Of a stretch of 64,000 bases of DNA, positions 57,250 to 64,000 are shown one piece after another. The DNA comes from Nannocystales bacterium (GTDB taxonomy: Bacteria; Myxococcota_A; Polyangia; Nannocystales; Nannocystaceae). Position numbers and translations under genes: made by a program. The notes beneath the pieces were generated by a model. It was not told where the DNA came from, searched no databases, and saw nothing but the letters and a program-made list of their open reading frames with translations. The DNA is taken from the NCBI GenBank assembly GCA_050633305.1, contig JBOEGF010000023.1, positions 1 through 64,000 on the forward strand, written 5' to 3'. The first letter of the stretch is position 1. Each line of letters begins with the position of its first letter.

Positions 57250-57878
57250 CCGTGGACTCGACGACCGACCGCGCGTTACTCGAGGCGTGGCGCGGCGGCG
57301 ACGAGGCGGCTGGCAACACCCTTCTCGAACGGCACTTCGGAACCGTGCTCCGCTTCCTCCGCGCCTCCGCCAACCTCGGAAGACCCGAGCTGACGGAGAT
57401 GGTCCAGCGCACGATGGTGGCGTGCGTCGAGTCGCGGGAACGGATCCCAGACGAGGTCAGCTTCCGCGCGTACTTGTTGGGGATCGCGCGGCGTCAGCTC
57501 AGCAACGCATATCGCGAAGCCCACCGGGCTGAAGCGCGCGCCAAGATCATCGGACCACAAGCATCCCTGATCTCCCCCAGCGCCGTCGTCGCAGCACGCC
57601 AAGAGGAGCAACTGCTTCTACGCGCACTTCAGCGCATCCCGAGCGAGCTGCAAGTGGTGATCCTGCTCTTCTACTGGGAGCAGCTCACCACACCCGAAAT
57701 CGCAGCCGTCTGCGAGCTGCCCACGGGAACGGTCAAGAGTCGGCTCCGCCGGGCTCGAGAGCAACTCGAACGAGAGATGCGCGCGCTCACCGAAGATGTG
57801 ACGCTCTACAACTCCACCGTGCGGGACTTTGAGAAGTGGGCGCTGTCCCTGCGCAAGAGAATCGATGAACCGATTTGA
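57246..57878 (+). CDS. ECF sigma factor coupled to the kinase
   Basis: LLEAWRGGD, FRAYLLGIAR, EIA...P.GTVKSRLRRAR; ATGA overlap with the kinase stop. Confidence 0.95.
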   Translation: MTVDSTTDRALLEAWRGGDEAAGNTLLERHFGTVLRFLRASANLGRPELTEMVQRTMVACVESRERIPDEVSFRAYLLGIARRQLSNAYREAHRAEARAKIIGPQASLISPSAVVAARQEEQLLLRALQRIPSELQVVILLFYWEQLTTPEIAAVCELPTGTVKSRLRRAREQLEREMRALTEDVTLYNSTVRDFEKWALSLRKRIDEPI

Positions 57879-57909
57879 GGCGGTGCGCCGCGGCGCTCAA
57901 ACCAGCGAG

Positions 57910-58728
57910 TTACCCTGTCCAAAGACCGCGCTCCCGGGCGACTGAGAGGTCACGCGCGAGTCCATCGAGCGCCGCGGGCGTGTGCTCGCGATACCCCTCG
58001 GACCCGAACAGTGCGGCGAAGAGTTCCTTGTACGAGCCATCGTCACTGAGGTTGCGAAGGGCGATCGCCAGGTTCCCGCGAATCCAGGGCGGCACATGGT
58101 GGGAGGCGACAATGAGGTCGGAAGGGATCGGTGACGAGCCGAGAACCACTCGGGCGTCGAGGTCTTCAATCCCGTCAAAGCCCGCCCGCCGCAGCGTCCC
58201 CGCAGGGTTCGCATCGTCGAACAAAGCGAACGTCGCTCCTACGTCGGCGCTCCCCTGAGCGACCGCACGAGCGACCGCGCCGTGGGTGTCGAGGAATGCC
58301 TCGGAGGCGAAGAGTTCTGTCGGGTTCAAGCCGAGTTTTGCCAGGGCGAGACGCGGCATCAGGTATCCCGCGGCACTCGTGGGGGCGACCCAGGCGACCC
58401 TCGAGCCGCGCAGGGATTCCGCGCTTCGAATGGACGAGTCCTCTCGAACGAACAGGACCCCGTTGTACTGGGACGCACCCTCCCGTACGGCGGACGCAAA
58501 CGGGACCGCGGGCGAGAACGCGTCGGAGAGCAGGAACAGCGTCGGCGAGACCCACGCGAGGTGCACACGACCCCGTCGAAACGCAGCCTGCAACGAACCA
58601 GGCGACGGTGCCCGATGCGGCAAGACCCGAGTGTTCGAGTGTTGGGACCAACGTTCGCAGAACTCGGCCAACAACAAACGGGTCTGGCCATCATCCGTGT
58701 GTGGGACGGCTCCGAACGTCAGCTCCAT
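57910..58728 (-). CDS. PhnD-like (phosphate/phosphonate) solute-binding-fold protein without signal peptide
   Basis: G.VHLAW, Y.GVLFVR.DS.I...L.G.RVAW....SAAGYL.P, H.AV..AV..G.ADVGA, IPSD. Confidence 0.85.
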   Translation of the reverse strand: MELTFGAVPHTDDGQTRLLLAEFCERWSQHSNTRVLPHRAPSPGSLQAAFRRGRVHLAWVSPTLFLLSDAFSPAVPFASAVREGASQYNGVLFVREDSSIRSAESLRGSRVAWVAPTSAAGYLMPRLALAKLGLNPTELFASEAFLDTHGAVARAVAQGSADVGATFALFDDANPAGTLRRAGFDGIEDLDARVVLGSSPIPSDLIVASHHVPPWIRGNLAIALRNLSDDGSYKELFAALFGSEGYREHTPAALDGLARDLSVARERGLWTG

Positions 58729-58884
58729 GGGACACCCAGATCAACGTAGTGTGGAGCCTCGCCCACCGCGACCCCGGTTGTGGCCCGCTTCTCGTCCAGT
58801 GTGGCCCATGCTCGGACCCGGCTGCCGTGCCCCTCGACAGAACGTGAATTGGCGCCTGCGCGGCCGCGCCCTACTCTGCTCCGG

Positions 58885-59871
58885 GTGAGCGTCTCCAAGT
58901 CCGCGAGAACCCCGTCACGCTCCGAGTACACCGAGCGCATCAATCGCGTGGTCGACCACGTGGAGCGCAACCTCGACCAACCGCTCTCGCTCTCCGCCTT
59001 GGCAGAGGTCGCGCACCTCTCCCGCTTCCACTTCCACCGGGTCTTTGCTGCGATGACGGGGGAGACCCTGCACCAGTTCGTCTCCCGACTGCGGGTCGAA
59101 CGAGCCGCCCAGATGCTGCTCCGAACACCCGCTCAAAGCGTGACATCCATCGCCATCGACTGCGGGTTCTCGAGTTCAGCCACCTTTGCCCGGACGTTCA
59201 AGGCCGCGTTCGGGGTGACCGGAACGCAGTGGCGAGCGCACGGCGATGCGGACTGGTGCGCGGACGACCGCAAGAATCGCAAACACCTCCGCAACGATCG
59301 CAACGCAGAGTCTCCATGGGGTTGCTACATCGTCTCCAGCGGCCCCACCCACCGCTGGAGACTCGAAGTGACCTCGACACCGCATCCCCTCACCGCCGAC
59401 GTGACGATTCAGGACGTGGCAACTCGACATGTTGCCTACATTCGCCACGTTGGTCCCTACGGCCAAGTCGCCGAGGTGCCCCGTCTATTTGAGCGCCTCC
59501 ATCGTTGGCTCGGCGCACGCGAGCTGATCTCCGCCGAGATGGTGAACCTGGTGGTCGCCCACGACGACCCCAAGATCACCCCTGACGACAAGCTCCGCCT
59601 GAGCGTGTGTGCCACCGTGGCCCCGACGACGCAGGGGGAGGGAGAGGTTGGGGTCATGAGCCTACCCGGTGGCAAGTGTGGCGTTGCGCGATTCGAGATC
59701 CCGCCGGAGCGAATCGCCGAGGCCTGGAACGCAGTGATGGGCGTCTGGCTTCCCGACAGCGGATACCAACCCGATGACCGACACTGCTACGAAGTCGTCG
59801 TCCAGAGCCCACGGGACAACCCGCAAGGACTGATCGTGCTGGATATCTACACCCCCGTGCGCCCGCTGTAA
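58885..59871 (+). CDS. AraC-family regulator with GyrI-like domain
   Basis: RINRVVDH, S.FHFHRVF, CGFSSSATFARTFK; VAYIRHVGPY, WLPDSGYQPD. Confidence 0.94.
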   Translation: MSVSKSARTPSRSEYTERINRVVDHVERNLDQPLSLSALAEVAHLSRFHFHRVFAAMTGETLHQFVSRLRVERAAQMLLRTPAQSVTSIAIDCGFSSSATFARTFKAAFGVTGTQWRAHGDADWCADDRKNRKHLRNDRNAESPWGCYIVSSGPTHRWRLEVTSTPHPLTADVTIQDVATRHVAYIRHVGPYGQVAEVPRLFERLHRWLGARELISAEMVNLVVAHDDPKITPDDKLRLSVCATVAPTTQGEGEVGVMSLPGGKCGVARFEIPPERIAEAWNAVMGVWLPDSGYQPDDRHCYEVVVQSPRDNPQGLIVLDIYTPVRPL

Positions 59872-59876
59872 GACTC

Positions 59877-60206
59877 CTACTGCGGCGCGCCAGCCGAGCG
59901 AGTACGCCACAGCGCGACGAGGTAGATCGTCAAGGACATCGACACGGACAACGTGAGCGCGCCGACGACCGCGGCGCTCCACCGCCCGCCGATCCTGCGA
60001 CGCTCCCACACCGCCACCACGACCATCATCACGGTCACAGCCACGAGGTCGAACAGCAACCCCGTCGCAAAGTCGGACGCGGTGAACGCCTCCACCCAGC
60101 CTCCGAAGAAGTCCCAGTCGTTGGCTGCGAGCCACACCCCGAACATCGCGTAGGAAGCAACCCACCCGATGACGCCGAGACTCCATGTGATCGTCGTCTT
60201 GCCCAT
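59877..60206 (-). CDS. Small membrane protein (DUF2834-like)
   Basis: Three TM segments; FDL, VSVS..L.IYL. Confidence 0.7.
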   Translation of the reverse strand: MGKTTITWSLGVIGWVASYAMFGVWLAANDWDFFGGWVEAFTASDFATGLLFDLVAVTVMMVVVAVWERRRIGGRWSAAVVGALTLSVSMSLTIYLVALWRTRSAGAPQ

Positions 60207-60323
60207 TCTCGGCGCCCTCGCGAGGAACAGTACGACGTCCCACCGAGCGACGCGGCAAGAAGGCACGCAGAGTGTGCGTCGTCACCGATGAGGAACGTCG
60301 CCACCGGATTCGAGGGCAGTGGA

Positions 60324-63170
60324 CTAGCGAACCCGCTTCACCCACGCGATCGCGTCCTCGCGATACGAGTCGTATCCGGGCCCCGCGTCCTTCCACAGCC
60401 CGATCGCCTCCTGGGCCAGCGCAATCCCCTTGGCCTTGTTTCCCAGCGCGTGCTCAGCCCGTGCAAGCCCGAGGGTCTCGAAGGCTCGGTCCTTGGGACG
60501 GCTCGGGTGTGCGGCTCGAATCGCCAGCGCGGCGTCGAACTGTGCCTTGGCCTCCGCGGGCTCCTCGAGCTCGAGCAACATGTGACCGAGGTTTCCCCGA
60601 ATGCCGGCGATCGCAGGATGCGTCTGGGACATGGTGGCCACCCGCGCCTCCAGCACCTCCTCGAGGAGTGGGCGCGCCTCCGCGATGTCGCCGAGGGAAG
60701 CGATCGCAAGGGCCAGGTTCATCTTGCAGCTGATGCGGTGCTCGTGCAGCTCGGGGAGGGTGTCTTCGAAGATGTCGAGCGCGCCTCGGAGCGTCTTTCG
60801 AGCACGCTCAAAGTCCTGCTGTCGCAGCTCCACAACCCCCACGTTCATCTGAATACGTCCGGCCTCCACGTGGCCGGGACCATGGCGTCCCTCCACAATC
60901 GCCAGCGACTTGCTGTACTCGGCGAGCGCATCCTCGAACTCCCCCAGGGCAGTGAGGTTGACCGCGATGTTGGTGCGAAGAAGCGCGACCTCCTCGTGTT
61001 CCGGTCCGAGCGCGGCGACGAGTCCACGCTCCGCCTCTCGCATCAGTGCCAGAGCCTCTTCGTTGGCTCCCCGAGACTCCAGGACCGTGCCCAAGGCCAT
61101 CACGGTGGCCGCGGTCGTCGGATGCTCGGGTCCGAGACTGGCCTCGAGGATCTCTCGGGCGCGGGTCAGCGTGGCCTCTGCTGCCTTCAGCTCCCCGGCA
61201 CGAAGCTCGGAGTTGCCCTGGCTGACCAGTGCGGTCCCGACCCGCTGGTGGTCCGGACCGGACGCATCGATGATCCGCTGGACCAGCGCTCGATCGATCT
61301 CGAGTGCGCGTGCGTAGTCGGTGGCCTCGAAGGCGATGATGGACCGCGCCCGCATGACGTCATCGACCGCGGTCGCTCGTGCGTCTGGGCGCTCCGAGAG
61401 CCCCTGGGCCACGGTGACCCAAGCCTCGGCCGCTTCGAGTCGGGAATCCCGCTGGGCGAGGACTTCGGCCATGCGTGCGGCGCAGTCGAACGCAGGGCCG
61501 TGTAGCCCGAGTTCGAGACCGCCCTGAACACAGGCTTCCCACACTTCGTACGCCGCCTTCGTGTCGCCGGTCCGGTCAAGGGCGCCCGCCCACGCGGGAG
61601 CGAGTTCGACAACCAGCGGCGCGTAGTCGAGAGCACGGGCCTGCTCGACGAGGGGCCCGATGGCGGCGAGAGCCTCGGGGAACCGAGCCGCCCACAACTC
61701 GGCTCGGGCTGCAGGCAATGCGTCGCGGATCGCATCCACATCGGCCCGAAGCTCTGGACTGTCGGGGATTCGTGTCTGAGCCTCGATCTGGCGTACGTCG
61801 GCGCAGCGCTCGAGGTTCGGCAAGGCGTTGGTGAGCGTGTCCGCCTGACGTGCGACTTCAACGTCGGCCTCCTCCAGCAGCGAAGCCGATGCACCCAACG
61901 CCCCGCGGGCATCGAGCAGACAACGGTTGCGTAGGTCGGCGTCCGCTGGAGACTGTTCGGCAAGGATCGAGGTTGCTTCGCAGTTGGCCTGGTGGGCCAC
62001 GACCCAGCGCTGAGCGTAGCCATCGAGGGTCTCACGCAGCTCCGAGGCTCGAGCCTGCCAAGGAGGCCCCATCCCCTGCCAGTGCGCCTCCAAGGCCGCC
62101 GCGCGGGTCGGGGTCCAAACGTCGGCGAGTCGCTCCGAGCTCCCGGCGCATCGAGTCTCCTCCGGCGGACCTGCGAGCACAAGCGCCCCTGCGCCCCCCA
62201 CGAGCCCGACCGCGGCCGCAGGGACCCACCACCGCGACTGCGGCTTGACCGTCATCACCTCGACAAAACGTTCGATCGCCTCAGGCCGCGCAGCGGCATC
62301 CGGTTGCAAACCCGCCCGGAGCACATCAAACAGCTCCCGGGCACGCGGAACGTCAGGCAACGGGTCGGGAAGCGGTGGGGGCCCCAACCGTTTCGCTTCC
62401 GTGATCGCGACGAGGCCGGCGGCACCGCTCGCCGAGTTCGTGGCATCAGCGTACAGCCCCGCGCTCGTCCCGGAGGCTGGCGTCACCTCCGACCCAGACG
62501 TGTTTGAGAACGGATGGATGCCAACGAGCGCCGTCCAAGCGGTCGCCGCAAACGCGAACACATCACTGCGAACGTCCGCGACCCGTCCGTCGTGCTGCTC
62601 GGGCGCCATGTACAGCGGAGTCCCCACGACGCGACCCTCTCCCTCTTGGGCCGACACGAGTCGCGCGACTCCGAAGTCGCCGACGAGGACCCGGCCATCA
62701 TCCCCCACCAAAATGTTCGCAGGCTTCACATCGCCGTGGACGACGCCGCCCTCGTGCGCGGCCTGCAAACCGAGCGCCGCCGCCCTCAACATCGCGAGCT
62801 TGTCTGGGCCCGACGCCGAGCCGTGCTCGGCGAGCCAGCGACCCAGGTCCTTGCCCTCGACCAACTCCATCGCGAGGTACGCCTCGTCGTTGTCATCGAC
62901 ACCGACGTCGTAGACCGTGACCACATCGGGGTGTCGCAGCTTGGCGAGCATCCGCGCCTCTCGAAGGAGCAGCTCGGTATCCCCGCTCGAGCGAAGACGC
63001 TTGACGGCCACCTTCCGATCGAGCTGCGGATCGTAGGCCGCGAACACCTCGCCTCCGCCGCCTGCGCCGAGCGAGCCCAGCACCACATAACGACCGATCA
63101 ACGTCCCGGTTGGCGTGTCGGCCCCCGGTGGGCGCACGGCCAGCGGTGCGGTCGCGTCGAGATCGGACAC
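60324..63170 (-). CDS. Hanks-type Ser/Thr kinase with TM segment and TPR repeats
   Basis: LGAGGGG.V, VAVK, HGDVKPAN, DFG, GTPLYMAPE; multiple LGP.H TPR repeats. Confidence 0.95.
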   Translation of the reverse strand: MSDLDATAPLAVRPPGADTPTGTLIGRYVVLGSLGAGGGGEVFAAYDPQLDRKVAVKRLRSSGDTELLLREARMLAKLRHPDVVTVYDVGVDDNDEAYLAMELVEGKDLGRWLAEHGSASGPDKLAMLRAAALGLQAAHEGGVVHGDVKPANILVGDDGRVLVGDFGVARLVSAQEGEGRVVGTPLYMAPEQHDGRVADVRSDVFAFAATAWTALVGIHPFSNTSGSEVTPASGTSAGLYADATNSASGAAGLVAITEAKRLGPPPLPDPLPDVPRARELFDVLRAGLQPDAAARPEAIERFVEVMTVKPQSRWWVPAAAVGLVGGAGALVLAGPPEETRCAGSSERLADVWTPTRAAALEAHWQGMGPPWQARASELRETLDGYAQRWVVAHQANCEATSILAEQSPADADLRNRCLLDARGALGASASLLEEADVEVARQADTLTNALPNLERCADVRQIEAQTRIPDSPELRADVDAIRDALPAARAELWAARFPEALAAIGPLVEQARALDYAPLVVELAPAWAGALDRTGDTKAAYEVWEACVQGGLELGLHGPAFDCAARMAEVLAQRDSRLEAAEAWVTVAQGLSERPDARATAVDDVMRARSIIAFEATDYARALEIDRALVQRIIDASGPDHQRVGTALVSQGNSELRAGELKAAEATLTRAREILEASLGPEHPTTAATVMALGTVLESRGANEEALALMREAERGLVAALGPEHEEVALLRTNIAVNLTALGEFEDALAEYSKSLAIVEGRHGPGHVEAGRIQMNVGVVELRQQDFERARKTLRGALDIFEDTLPELHEHRISCKMNLALAIASLGDIAEARPLLEEVLEARVATMSQTHPAIAGIRGNLGHMLLELEEPAEAKAQFDAALAIRAAHPSRPKDRAFETLGLARAEHALGNKAKGIALAQEAIGLWKDAGPGYDSYREDAIAWVKRVR

Positions 63171-63275
63171 AACATAGCCTACCAGGGGACCTTGGGAGGC
63201 CGATCAGCCGCGAACGCACGCCATCTGCAATCCAACCTGCAACCCGCCGCAACACCGTCCGTCCCTAGGCCTGAC

Positions 63276-63797
63276 ATGCGAAGTCTCGCTGCTCTCCCTC
63301 TCGCCCTCGCCCTCCTCGTGCCCGCCTGTGACGGCGCCGCTTCATCGGGCGGTGATGCCAAAACCGCCGACGCCGACGGTTTTGTGGCCATTCCCAACAT
63401 CAACGGGATGAAGGTCAAGGTCCCCGAAGGCGTCAAGCCCAACGGCGTGGGTGGCGCAGCCGGTTTCCACACGGACGACGACAGCTTCCAGTTCACCCTT
63501 CAAGAGATCAAGGGCGAGGCCGCCGGCACGACATTCGATCAAGCCAAGGCCAGTGCTGAGGAGTTCCTCTTCAAGAAGTGGATCAAGTCCGACAAGACCG
63601 ACGACGGTTGGGTCCTCACCTACGAGAGCCCCAAGATGGACCTCAGCGGCGACGAGGCCAAGGAAGTCGGCGTGATGTACTCGTTCGAAGTCCGCCGCAA
63701 GGTCGGCGAGACCACCCTCAAGTGCTACGGCGCGATCTCCAAGGCCGATGGGCTCGACGCAGTCGTCGGCGCCTGCAACTCGATCAAAGCCGGCTAG
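63276..63797 (+). CDS. Hypothetical lipoprotein
   Basis: LLVPAC lipobox; Lys-rich with strong codon bias; ECF-like TGCAACC-N15-CGTC upstream (63238). Confidence 0.8.
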   Translation: MRSLAALPLALALLVPACDGAASSGGDAKTADADGFVAIPNINGMKVKVPEGVKPNGVGGAAGFHTDDDSFQFTLQEIKGEAAGTTFDQAKASAEEFLFKKWIKSDKTDDGWVLTYESPKMDLSGDEAKEVGVMYSFEVRRKVGETTLKCYGAISKADGLDAVVGACNSIKAG

Positions 63798-63824
63798 GTC
63801 GTCCCAGCGCGCGAGCAGCGGTCC

Positions 63825-64000
63825 TCAACGCTGAACACGGGCCTTCGGGGCCTTCTTGACCTTGCCCCGAAGCTCCGTGCCGTCGAGTTTGATCGCGCTC
63901 GCCATGTTGGCGTCGATGGCCGTCTTGCCGGACATCCGCCCACCTTCAACAGTCAGCCTGCTGTGCATCCCGACGCGGAGCGCGGTGAGGCCCTCGAACG
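63825..64000 (-). CDS. 3' end of a hypothetical protein, partial
   Basis: Open frame ...FEGLTALRVGMHSRLTVEGG...KARVQR* running off the window edge. Confidence 0.55.
   Translation of the reverse strand, partial: FEGLTALRVGMHSRLTVEGGRMSGKTAIDANMASAIKLDGTELRGKVKKAPKARVQR

Noticed and set aside
1..64000. CRISPR array, rRNA/tRNA (including tRNA-Sec), transposase/integrase, prophage, known defence systems
   Set aside because: No repeat-spacer periodicity, cloverleaf or diagnostic protein motifs seen by eye; tRNAscan-SE and Infernal would be needed to exclude small RNAs fully

Overview
GC-rich chromosomal window, most likely from a myxobacterium. A Nannocystaceae-like origin is inferred from the kinase-TPR/ECF modules, the many Ser/Thr-stalked lipoproteins and a gliding-motility-type motif. 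Recognisable housekeeping and energy genes are folE, queG, a CoA pyrophosphatase, an A-type Fe-S carrier, sdhCAB, acs, a class III aminotransferase and an NAD-linked formate dehydrogenase. The FDH alpha subunit is a selenoprotein: an in-frame TGA at 30170-30172 is followed 11 nt later by a SECIS hairpin, and the ORF track wrongly splits the gene. The rest is accessory: about 19 predicted lipoproteins, AraC/LysR modules with visible operators, two intact kinase-TPR genes and one decayed one, and an ECF sigma factor. Patterns spanning the window: (i) a -10 hexamer (TANNNT) 5-8 nt before the start codon of at least 14 genes, suggesting widespread leaderless mRNAs; (ii) a shared PKFDIG..PD-like motif ending the stalk of unrelated lipoproteins; (iii) several genes broken by internal deletions or frameshifts. 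I recognised no rRNA, tRNA, CRISPR array or transposase. All family calls come from reading motifs by eye, not from database searches.
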